From assembly GCA_905331295.1 (NCBI GenBank), contig CAJNYD010000042.1, positions 1 through 64,000 on the forward strand: a DNA stretch of 64,000 bases. The letters are read 5' to 3'. Shown in pieces: positions 48,678 to 60,825 of this stretch; the first letter of the stretch is position 1, and every line of letters begins with the position of its first letter. The stretch comes from Rotaria socialis. Taxonomy: Eukaryota. Under the pieces are notes generated by a model that did not search any database, was not told the origin of the DNA, and worked only from the letters and a program-made list of their open reading frames with translations. The translations under genes and the position numbers were made by a program.

Positions 48678-51027
48678 TTAATTGATTTTCGGTTTTATGC
48701 GTCTGAGATAAAGAATATGCTTCGACTTTTCAGTGTCAAATTCATATTTAACAAAATCAAACACGCACTTATTCTTGAGTAAGAATTCTTCTTCGCCAGG
48801 AAAGATTGAGAGTGCTGCTATATCACTACCACACCAAATATTTTGGTCTGGATAATATGGATGTTGTACGTTCAGATCTATGATTAATAATGTATTACCA
48901 AATACTTCAGCCTTTACACGATTTCTACTAGTGGACGTAAATGCAAAGAAAACGACATGATCTTCCATGAATTCTTGTCGCTGCTCATCTGTAAGATTAA
49001 GACCACGATACACTGTTAAAATATCCTTTGTTGTTTTTATTTGACACAGAGAGCAATAAAGCAACCAAGAGAATGGCTCGAATGCTTTTAACTGCTCGCA
49101 GGTAGGGACTATGACTTCTCGAAGTGTGTAGTTAAATAGTGTATACCAAAATGATTCTTTACTATAGAGATAGACACAGGTTTGACTGATTTCTGAAGGA
49201 ATCCTAATGTACGCAGATTGTCTTGCATCTAAATTGGCGCCAAATGGTTTAACTGCGATTAATTGACTTGACAACCACTCCGCTTCAATTGGTTTATTGA
49301 GACGTTTACCTTCTCTGATAATCCCATCAGCAGCCTCTTGTACAATATCAGAAAGTGTTTTATCAGGATTTTTCTTTTTAATTATTTCATAATTGAGATA
49401 AAGAGAAGGAATATTCAGCAGTGTTCAGACTTCCAAAAAAGGAAATTTTGGAAGTTTTGGAAATTTCAAGTACTTGTGTTCTAAATTGTTTGGTACTTCC
49501 CAAAATTATACAATTTCCGAAATTTCTGAAATTTCCAAAATTCTGTACAAAGCGAAATTTCTAAACTTTCAAATATTTTCAAAAAATTTTCATTTGCTTT
49601 GCTATGTAGTAATCGAGTTGATGGAAGCTTCGGAAATTTCTGTAATTTCCTTTTTCGGAAATCTGAACATACCTCGGAATATTACCAAAGTAGTCCACCG
49701 TAAGATAATCTATATCTTCTACCATATCAGGCGACGATTTTTTTTTAATATGCTGTTTATTATTACACTCGGAAGCGCTTATATGGGGGTTTTGAACATT
49801 CCTTAACAGCATGGATACAATTTTAAGCATAAATATAAAATATGCAAGCTTGCCTGTTCTGAGCAAAGTGTTCTGAAATCGTATCATATAGGGGGATGTA
49901 TTACAGAAAAAAAGAAGGAGAAAGAGAAAGAGAAAGAGAAGGAAGAGAAAAGGATAAAGATGGAGCAAGGGAAGATAGAAGAAATAAGAATATAATTTAT
50001 GCGAATGAAGAAGAAAGGAGAATAGGGAACAACGATGGAAAGAAAAAAAAAGATTGCTGATATAGATGAGAGATGCAATCATAACACGCCAATATACCTA
50101 TTATACATATTCAAGCCATTTTATTAAAAAAACTTCATGTTTCTCTTTTAAATTTTTCACTCGTTTCATTCGGAATAGATGACCCAAGTGATCTCCTTTT
50201 CTTTTTTTTTTAAATCATCCCAATAAAAAATATCATTATAAAAGAGGGATTTTCCTAAATCAGATTTGTGCATTTGATTTATTCTTTTCGCTATGTATTT
50301 TTTAACATAAAAATCTAAAGTGTTTTCTTTTATCATTTCAAATAGAGTGTGCTCCGGTACATACTGACATCGATACACCAGTCCCATTCCTACTCGATAT
50401 TTACGCCTCAGAGTTTCTTGTTGCGTTTTGGGTAGAAGTGGAAAAAAAGGAAACAACCAAGCGAAATACGGAAAACTGTAAGCGAAGAAATATGCTCTCA
50501 ACACTGCTGTGTTTAATGTATTGCCTGCTCTTAACCATTTCAATTTTATAAAAGATTTCTGTATGTTCTCTATACATTTATCGATAGTTGGTTTCAAGGA
50601 CAGCTTACTTGTCCAAGTAAAACCCAAATATTTAAAGGATTTAACACTTTCGATCTTCTGTCCGTCCATCAGGCGACGATTCTGAAGTAGACACTACTGG
50701 CAATGAGAATCGTTCTTCGCGCAAATATACATTGCTACGATCGGTGTTCAGCTGAACGCGCTTAATTCGGCACTGTCTAGTAGAATGATTTTTCTTGTAC
50801 TGAACCTGGTGTTTTAGACTGATCATATAATCTCCATCAATTTCAACACTGGTATTGTTTGCATTATATGCATCTTCGATAATTTCATTTTCAACATCTG
50901 TATATTTCTTCCATTCTTTCTCTTCACAGCCAGACCATGGATCCGCTGCTGAATTCCAATACCATTGAAAATTACGTGGACGTAAGTGAACAGAAACAAA
51001 GGATACAGAAGAAGTTGTAGTGGCCAG
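48678..51027 (-). pseudogene. WWE-domain plus ARTC-type (R-S-E) ADP-ribosyltransferase, split by insertions at about 49420-50669
   Basis: WWE (FQWYWNSAADPW..WKKYTDVENEIIEDAY..RIKRV..LREERFS) at about 50690-50990. ART at 48678-49418 with YSKESFWY, TVYRG, FTSTS, PGEEEFL. The likely start codon reads CTG at 51027. Confidence 0.85.
49800..50669 (-). mobile_element. 5'-truncated non-LTR retrotransposon (RT thumb/C-terminus plus 3' UTR)
   Basis: IESVKSFKYLGFTWTSKLSLKPTI..; pyrimidine-rich 3' UTR; fused directly to the WWE exon at ..CCTGATGGACGGACAG. Confidence 0.75.
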
Positions 51028-51572
51028 TTTTTTTTATTTTCTTCTGCAATACGCAAACAATTTAAAATCTGGTTTTAAATATATAATGTGAATCTGTTTG
51101 CTTACTGTTTGTATTCGTAATGCTCCTTTTTCTTTTCACGGCAACAAAATGAATGTCATTAGAAAGAACTGACTGCAATAAAAGTCCCTATTCTTATGTA
51201 AATACTTGAGAACTTATTCTTTTCTTTCTTTTTTTTTCTTTAGTTTTGTTGGCTCCATCAATATTTATAATTACTTGCAAAGAAGCAACAGGGAAAAGGT
51301 AAACAGACAGTGAGCGAGCTGTCTTGAGAGTGCGTGTGAGTATAATCACCACAAAGAAATGTTTTGGTTATGGGTGGGTATGACTATGTAGATTTTCTCT
51401 TCATTAATACGCCCACACCTAGTGTTCGGCTATGTCTTGAACATTGGACACTATTAATGATGCTCTTCACCCGAAATGTTTGTTGATTGAAAGCAAGAAA
51501 AATATTTTCTTGTGTACTATCATCACTGATATTAAATTATATGAAAATAAAACTTCACTAAATAGACACAGA

Positions 51573-52073
51573 CTACGATTGTTTGTCTCTCAGGTTGTTT
51601 CTAACTTGCATCAAAGTAATTCCCAGTTGATTCCTTCCACTACCATCACCTCCATCTGCCCAATAAGAATCTTTTGTCGTATGTTCAACCAATTGACGAT
51701 TTCCAGTTGATAGTAATAATTCTCGAAGCGGAAAGTGTTGTTCAAACTTAGCCGTACATGCTTTAAGCATGATTCCATCTTTCACTTGTGCCCAATCTGA
51801 TCGTACTGCTGGTCGGTGTTTTCGAGAATAAAAGAGAGCTTCTATAGGTTTACGTAAATGCAAAACATTTTGAAAGTGTGCTTCATCGGAGATAAATTTT
51901 TGCGCTTGAAAGTAATGTTCAGTGGTAGGCCAAGTATATCCATCGAGTTTAATGGGAGATGGATAGAAATTACTGAATTCACCAAATGGCTGGTTACGGC
52001 AATAAAAATAAAGTTGACCTTCTTCCATGTTCGATGCAGAGAATAGAAAATAGTCGTTTTTTTCTGCAGACAT
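51573..52073 (-). CDS. NADAR-family (YbiA-like) N-glycosidase/ADP-ribosylglycohydrolase, intronless
   Basis: FSNFYPSPI, WPTTEHYFQAQKF, RSDW, AKFEQH, LLSTGNRQLVEH..DSYWADGGDGSGRNQLGITLMQVR. Confidence 0.93.
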   Translation of the reverse strand: MSAEKNDYFLFSASNMEEGQLYFYCRNQPFGEFSNFYPSPIKLDGYTWPTTEHYFQAQKFISDEAHFQNVLHLRKPIEALFYSRKHRPAVRSDWAQVKDGIMLKACTAKFEQHFPLRELLLSTGNRQLVEHTTKDSYWADGGDGSGRNQLGITLMQVRNNLRDKQS

Positions 52074-54377
52074 TTTCTTTTATTTATTGCACCATGAATA
52101 TGTACACAGTATTTCGTAAGATACGTAAAGTATGACGTCTGTTAAAATGATTCATAAGTAATTGTACAATATATTTGATCAATGACAAATAATGATTCAA
52201 TAAAATTTCATTGCTTCAAAATCATTGTACAGTGATAAAGTCATTTTAACAGTTAACATTGAACGTAGAAAAAGTAGGACACACTCTCCTTTCTATCCTT
52301 ACACGCATTCCTGCACTATCAAACTAAATGATACATGAAAGAGTCAAAGGTAACAATGGTTACATATTCACTTTAACGCCGAAGCCGTATTTTCTGAGAT
52401 ACTATCGGGTGTGGGTGTAGGAGTTATCTAGCCCTCAAGGGAAAAACACCTTCACCCACATCCTCTTACAATTTCCACCGTATTGCTTCGGTTTGGAAAT
52501 TCATTTTGTTCATACCTACGGTCAGTTAAAATTATTCGAAAAATTTCCCAGAATTTCATGTTACTTGTATGTCTATCATTATAGGAGGAGAAATTTTTGA
52601 TTTTAGCGTAAATTAGATTACAATGTGTAATAAAAGGTGCTGCAAAAACTAGGATGATGTACTAAAACAAATCTAAAAAAGTATTACATGAAGAAAATTA
52701 AAACTTCTAAGTTCATGTATGATGTAGGGTGATGATGCAGGTATTTGTTCCCTTAGAGGTTAAAGAACACCCACACCCACACCCACACCCTTAAATATTC
52801 ATGAAACTTCTATGTTATATCTTATTATGATGATGACGTTTATATAATCAGTTTATCATTTAGCAAATTTATATATACATTTCGATGTCATAAGTTATCC
52901 AATGACATAAAAGAATTATCATCGTAGTTTATATTACGTTGAGTTGACTAGTCTTATCTGGATTAATTTTTTGAAATTTAAATATTTTATTTATATTTAT
53001 TCTTTAATAAAAAGGATAATAAAGATAAATTAAGATCTCTATTACCTTAAAAGTACAACATGAAGCAAATAATTATTTTTATCGAATAATCGAATGCTAG
53101 CGCAACTAGCTATTTTTCCAAGCGACCGAACAACAAAGTATCTTATTTTAGAAGCATCAGTTGTCTTCTTTCAGCTTTGTCCTTGTTTGTCAATTATTGG
53201 TTTCTCTTGTTTAACTCTTTCTCGCTTGTCTTTTTCTCTCTCCTATGCCCATACTCTAACGGAAAAAAAATATGTTGATATGTCAACGCCATTCAGTTAG
53301 CATGGTACTAAGGAAGGAAGGAAGCAAGAAAAATATGTTTGGAGACATGGAAAATAACATCAATTACATCACCGACTTGTGTCAAGGCTATATCTCGGTC
53401 GCATTAGTCGTCTTTTTCTGCATGCCATCATCAAGCACAGTCCACTATTACATATTCTATTCGATGTTGTTCTAGCAATACGAGATAAATTCATGTATAG
53501 ATAATCAGTAGACCCAAAACTTGTTACTTTTCATTGTAACGAACGTAGTAATACAAAGTGTGTAATAGAATCTCTTTCGCACTTCTCATTGAACAGATAA
53601 GTAGTAGTCGAGTTTATGTTTATTTATAAAAAAAAAAGAAGTTTTATCAAACTCTATGTCGTAGTCAATGTAAAAGATCGTCTTCTCTTAATTTAATTGA
53701 CTTTGAGACTTATCTTTTCATAATATTAAAAGTAACTTATCGTTGAATAATATTTTCTTGGTACTCCATACCATTTTCGATAGGGCTTTCTCGAAGATAA
53801 GACACGATGGTTGAATCCGAGTTCTAAAATAAATTCAAGTAGTCTCATTTGAAAGAGTACATGAAAATATAACGAATGCTGTTTTCAGACATATGTAGTG
53901 CTCAATATTTGTATAGAAAACATTTTCATTTTTATCATATCATTATTATAAATTATCATTCGTGGAGTACACATATATTTCTGAAGAAAATAGTGAATTT
54001 AAATTTTTATGCTTTCTCAATTCTCATTGCAGACACTCCCAATCGAGAAATACTCTTCTTCGTTTGAATTCATATACGAATCTTTCAAGCCGTTATGTAA
54101 TAAATGTCGCTCTAGTAATGATAATGTGAGTATTAAATTGAAGCAGTAAATCATAAAGGTAAAGAATAAATGAAGACGGAAAATAATATCCATTATAATA
54201 GTTAGGTTGTTTTTTTGAATGCATTTAGATTTTATGCAGGGTTATGTATGAATCCTAGATCTATCAATATAATCATCGTAGGATATTTTGGAATAAGTAA
54301 CAATCGTTTTTCTTTTTTTTTATCAGTAAAAGGGCTTTAGTTTGGTCTTCACAGAAAATATTTGCGTTTTATCATAG

Positions 54378-57300
54378 CTGATTTCGCGATTTCATGTGAA
54401 TAAAAATGTCATAATTGAACGCAGTAAGGTATTGTTTGCAACTGTGAGAACAAAATATGATGATGTTTGCGTCCATCACGAGGTTATTCACGGTCCTTTT
54501 CGTATGGGAATGAAGAAAAAGATAAGTTGCATATTTCTCAGTCATACGAATAATGATACCAAATGGTATTGGCATTGTTATGTTCCTACGTATAATTTCG
54601 ATGATTTCGTCTGATTTTAGTTATTAAAATCAGTTAATCTTCTTTTTACTCTGGTTTTAGCGTGCAATATTTTAGACTGCGGTGTCATGAAGGTACAAGA
54701 TCTACTCATAATGTTGCTGGCATTCAAATGGCGAGTATTGGCCAAAGAATATACGCCAAAAGAAGGCTCCAAAAAGTCAGATGTAAAAATGTCACTCAAC
54801 GATAATTTCACAATCGCCGCTTTCAACTCTGATAAATTCTACGTGCTTTATTCGGTGTCGAATAATTCGATAAAAAGATATTATAAGATAAATTATCGCA
54901 AAGATGACGTCTATGTCTACAGTCTCTCTGTACTAAAAACTAAATCTGATCAAATCATGTCATTTTTACAAGTCGTCAAGAATATCAAGTCGAATTCGGT
55001 CTTACTCAGTCGAATCGATATTAACTAATCCAAGTTTCACAACAGTACAAATTATCAATATCGCAAGAGCATTGACAAGGTATTGAATAATATTGGTCAA
55101 GCACACATTTTAATCAAAGTTGATATACAAGAAAAGTATGCTTACGTTTTTGCTGATTCATTTATACTTTCATATAATTTATTGACAAATGAGCTCTACC
55201 AGAACAATGAAACAAATGTTGTACATTGTGATGGAGATAATGGATCATTTATCCCTCATGCAGCTGATCTAAGCAGTAAATGGGCTGCTATGGTTGGCTT
55301 CCATCGAATCCAGAATAGTTCTCGCAGTAAATCATGTATTTATATCTTTAAACTTCCATCTTTAAGTTTAATACAAGCACGTAGTCTCGATAAGAACTAT
55401 GTCTCAAACTCTGAAAACATTGGCTACAATCACGAATCTATAATGTCAGCTGCAATTGATCCTTCTGGGATGATGGTAGCCATTGGACAAGCACAATTGG
55501 GCACAGTAACAATTGCCTTTATAAATGACAGCAACACACCTACAAACATTTCTGAAATGTTCCAAATAGTTGAAGATGTGAAATTGATTGACTTTGGACG
55601 TTCAGTAGCTTGGCTCGACGATAAGGGAACACTCGCTGTACTCGTTGGCAAGTCGGGAAATCGTACTGGACTGCAATCTGAAATACAAGTCTTCACAAAT
55701 ATCTCTTCTAATCCAACAAGTGTTTCTATTCTACCCAAATATATTTTTCCTAATAACCAACAGACTCTGCATGGAATTCCATATAAGTTCGGCTGGCGGA
55801 GACGCTCTTACCTTTTTATCCTGGCACAGTCACGCAACTTATTAATCCTTCGTGACGACGGCAAACTTATACATATTCCATCGGCTGATCCCGGTTTCTG
55901 CTCTATGGAACGTGTGGAAGTGTCCGAAGTTTATTGCGAACTGTTAACTTGCCTCGATAGTGATGTATGTGCTTTGCTTCCCATAGCTTTCCTTCGCAAT
56001 AGTTCTTCAACGAATAAATCCACTTCGATGGTTTACTCTTTTTTATCGAAGCCATGCGTGAGTGGAACCTACAAGAGCATAACCGGCTTTGGTCCCTGCA
56101 CAGTCTGTCCATCAGGAACAAAAAACCCGGGAGGTAATGAGTCATCTGATTGTCAACCATGCAAGCCGGTCGAATTCTGTTCGCTGGGTGCTAGTAGTGA
56201 ACTCAATCTCACTGTGTTTAATTCTACTACGCAAGTATTCAGCTATCCAGATTCACCTATTATCGACAACTATGATGATGTATTGCTACTTAACTTCATT
56301 CCTAATACATGGACAGCTGGTTGCGTCTTATCTTCACCTCTCTTCGTTGCTGTCATATTCATAATACTTTCTTTCATAATATGGCTCATTAATGTTAACC
56401 ATTAAAAAACGACAGCCGACTTCATTTGACACTCATCGGAAACGGGCAAAACGCATTATCAAGCACACTGACCTTATCGGAGAAGGAGAACGCTTGGCTG
56501 GTGGTCTCGCATCAATTGTCGTTTTTGCAATTGTCATATATTCTATCGTTTTTGCCGTCTATTATTTTTTTTCGTATTCCTCCGACAGCACATGGATTCG
56601 TGAAGCATGTAACGACAGTCTACGAAATACGAAATTTGATAATGCTTTGCAGCTGCCATTACCGGATCCCAAAGGACACGATTGGAAAATTTTCCAATTG
56701 CTCAACCACCAGAACTTCACCATGGCTGTCGATTTAATAAATACTGGAGCGAAATGTGATCATATCGATGTTCATCACAAGAAACATACAGGTCATTCTG
56801 AAAAATTAAGCAAAACATATTGTAACGATTTAAACAATAGTTTCATAACGTCATTCAGTTTTCAAATACCCACTCATATTTCTACTGCTCAAGTTGCTAT
56901 TAATGGACCCTATTTTATTGGGGCTATTCGACTTTGTCTGCATGGATTACCAACATATGTAAATGATGAAGACGAACATCGTGAACTAAAGGAACTCGAT
57001 GTATGTACTCTGTTCCATACAGATAAACAGACGATTGGACGTTCAACTTATTTTAATGCAGATTTCGTCAGAGTTGTCAATGTTACAAAACCGCTGCGAC
57101 GCAATCAGCATACAAATTATAGTGCTTTATGGAAACCGATTACAACATATATCGATAATCTGTCTGACGATTTGTATTACGCTAAATACGGGGAATACTT
57201 GCGATACGCTTCTGATCAGACGACATTCACTGTAAAGTTCAAAGAACAAAACTACTATGTTCAGAACAACAAATCACCGATTATTCGCCGTGGAGCAATT

Positions 57301-58890
57301 ACTTTTCATACATTTATGTTCATGTTTTTGCTGATTGATACAATTGCTATGTTATTTCTTGTTTACAAACTATGGGGTCAGCCTCTGGTACGATGTCTTC
57401 TCCAGTTATGTTATAAGTCTCGTGAACATGAATTTCAATCGAATCATGCAGAAACGGCTATTGGAGTAAGTTATTCATTCTGGTATTTTCTTAGTATAGT
57501 TCAATGGGTGGAAGAGTATATGTATAATGGAGCCTTTTTTTTTTATCTCTAATTTGATTTTGTAAAAATTATAATCGCAATGATTGTTTTCTTAGAGAAT
57601 ACTTTATGAGAAAAATTGTTTCTTTTTTGTCTGTTGGCAAGATAAAAATGTTATCTTTACTTTTATACTCTTACTCCGTTTTCTATAGTTATTTCAGAGT
57701 CGATGTGCAATAGTTAACTAGCTAGTGGATTGCTGCATATCTATTTTAGAGTAATATTATCAGCTAAAACGTATCTAAAAATCTTTCGGTTTCTAATCCT
57801 TAAGTATCGTCAAAACTTAATGAAGAATCTAAATTTAAATACAACTTCACTGACGGATGTATGTTTTATTCTGATATGCAAATTTCAATATTTTCTATGT
57901 TCATTATACAGACAGCATCTCCATCGTAACTCTATGGCTGGCACGGTAAAATTTAAAGTCTAGAGATCATTGAAAGCAGTCTACGTATAATGATGATCGC
58001 AAAGATTAACTTGCTATTTATAATTGTATTCAATCTTTCTTCTTAGATTTCATCAAAATTCATAACGAACTGTCCTACTAGTCAAGATATTCAACAACAG
58101 TATTGCGCGAAGAATGCTGTAAAAGCTCCAGAAGAGTCAGCAATTGTCGAATATTCGGAGCTCCCTCATTCTCTATCGACTGGTGAGTGATAATCCTTGT
58201 TATATAACTTGTGTCAGACAATATGAGATGTAATCGCAAAGTCAAAAATTGATTCTAGTAAAAAGTAACAGTTCACATAATATTTTCTTCGTCATTATTT
58301 AATTACTGGTGAATCGATGAAGAGTTGATCATTGCTGGGAATACTTATTAATCTCTCTGTCGACCATATGATTTTCATTTCGCTAAAAGGTGCAGTTAAT
58401 TTTAGGGTAATTCAACAAGTCAATTTAATACTTTTATTAATCTAAACCACCGGAAATATTTCAAAAGTATCATGTTTTCTCAGAGTTTGACAATTTAAAA
58501 CATTGAAGCACATGTTGTATGCATGTTTTATTGTAGAAAAACTTACCAGAATCTGAAATCGTATAAGGTTTCTAAAATGTCATCAAATTATCTTATAAGT
58601 TCCGAAATTTTTGCTTCTTAACATTTGAAAAAATATAATTAACCGCTCTTCTTGTAGTTCAGCCTCCTTTTTCGCTGACAACACCATCAGCCACCCAAGT
58701 TGTTCTTCCGTCTGATTATTTGGCTGTTGCATGTCCACGTGAATACTTCGACAAACGGTTCGACATGTATGCCGAGAAAGTAGAATGTCTTTCGAACGAA
58801 GTTGTCGTCCTGAGAAATCAAAACGATGAATTAAATCGACAAATTATTTATCTCAAACAACACCAAACTAATACTGACTACGATCATTAG
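54378..58890 (+). pseudogene. Large membrane protein: ectodomain, GCC2/GCC3 (ephrin-receptor-like) Cys-rich repeat, three TM helices, C-terminal coiled coil; carries an in-frame stop and a frameshift
   Basis: ORFs at 54687 and 55083 are in the same frame, separated by TAA 55026-55028; CVSGTYKSITGFGPCTVCPSGTKNPG; frameshift near 56390; further exons at about 58047-58182 and 58658-58890 splice in frame from the donor after 57466. Confidence 0.7.
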
Positions 58891-59965
58891 GAATGAAGAC
58901 GAGACGATGTTGCTAGGTTGTCTCTCTTTGTCAAGAACACCAATGATACCGACAACTATTTAGTGAAAGAATTAGTCGATTGACAAGAAATACATTCATA
59001 TTTATTTAAAGATGACTTTAACCAACGCAAAACAGCCCCTAGCTGTAGACATTACTTTTTTCGGCTTTTTCTGTTTGTTATACTAGAGTAGCACCAATAT
59101 TTACTTACTCCTTCTTGTAACTTACACTTCAATCTGGTTATTAAAGTGAAATAAACTCGTCTTAAGTGGCAGGGTGTGTCCGACAGAAGACTAGAAGGAT
59201 ACCGCATGTTAGCCCCCACACCCTAAACCGGATGCTAATGAACGTAGTCATGCTGCACAAATTCGTGAAATGGATGATAATCGGGGGTAAAATAATGTTG
59301 AATGGGCAAGAACGCAAGTTCGTTAAGAGTGTTATTGCATGAATAATCTGAACAACGTTCACCATAGTTTGATAAAGGCTTGCAAGACTTAACACAAAAA
59401 CATACTCCAAATAACCAGTGTCGTCCTAGAGATGGCCTATAGAGAAGAAGAAAAACACACGAAACAATTCATTACTAGAGCGCTCTCATTTATTCACGAT
59501 GCATTTGAAATAAACTAATATAGATCTGAACAGTTTTATTATTATTAAATTAATGCTATAGAGTAGGTGTGAGTGAGGGTGGGGTTTAGATCTGCGGAAC
59601 AAGGCCAGGCGAGTACATATACCTACCATCAAAGCAACATCCTTAAGATAAGGTAAGAATAAAGTAGGTGGTAACACAGGAAGATAACTCATCATGTATA
59701 AACAATCGATGATGAAAAACAATAGTGTCGTATCAGAACTTCAACAGAACCTGCTCGGTTTCCTATTATATAAATTCAGCTGAAATAGAGAAATCTAATT
59801 TTGGCAGATTTCTTCCACTGGCATCGTGTGAATAAAATATGATAACTTTATTTGAATAGATTTGTTAAATAAAAATTATATTTAACAATGTATATCATCT
59901 AAGTCAAGATAAAGTTTTTCATTCGAGCATTGTGTTGTTCTAAAATAAAACACCGTCAGTAGGAA

Positions 59966-60170
59966 TCACAAAATATAACATAACAGGTACATTTGCCGAC
60001 TTGTTGATTTGTCAATAGAAAAATTTTGTACGCGATGACTTCCGTAATCGGTAACATAAAGATTTTCATTAGCATCAAATGGTATATCAGTAGGAAAATT
60101 GAATTGATCGGATTGATAGCCGTGATCACGACCACCTACAATGGTGGTTTTGGGCGGGCATGGTGCCAAT
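59966..60170 (-). pseudogene. Terminal NHL repeat remnant
   Basis: TIVGG..GYQSDQFNFPTDIPFDANENLYVTDYGSHRVQNF; upstream sequence is degenerate. Confidence 0.75.
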
Positions 60171-60825
60171 GTAATTGTTTACTCAAATTTCCTACTGTAG
60201 CCAATTGAATCTGTTGATGATCATAGTTATGCACTAACGTAGTACGATTTGAATTCTCTTGATGTACTCTTTTGCATCTTCTAATAAGCAATCGAGCGAT
60301 AGATAAACACCATCTTCGATACAAGATTTGTTGTAAAGAGTTTTTAATTGACGACATCAGCATTGTTGTTCTCAAGATAATTCTAATGTGACTGAATGAA
60401 TCTTTCTTCTTCCTAAGTAATTATCTTCGAATTTATTGAGTGCAGATAAATATCTCATTGAACAAAGAAAAAAAAGGTTCTAATGAGTTTCGTGCATCTG
60501 AGAAAAATCCAACTTAGTTTTCTTTTTTTGACTTATCTTATATCAATGTGATGAGAAACTTTGAAGGAAAGAAAGAAAGAAAATAGAGATAACAGTATGC
60601 AACTATGATTGCGTTCTTGTTGTGAAATAATATTGAATACGCATGTGGCGCTTACCTTGATGAATCATTACGTCATGTAATTTCTCTCAATAGTGACAAC
60701 CCATGATGCATATTTAGTTTTCGTACTCAGATACAATCACAGTCAACGTAGATTTTTTCCAATTTTCTACCATATAAATAGTATACCAACTTTGCATATT
60801 ATCAGTGTTTACCTTTCGCAACCCA

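Noticed and set aside
49579..50082. 167-aa hydrophobic ORF
   Set aside because: Low-complexity pyrimidine-rich retroelement 3' UTR plus repeat sequence.
46338..52073. Bacterial contamination as the source of the PhyH and NADAR genes
   Set aside because: They are contiguous, with no gaps, with eukaryotic MITEs, a LINE fragment and telomere-like tracts, and have host-like AT content.
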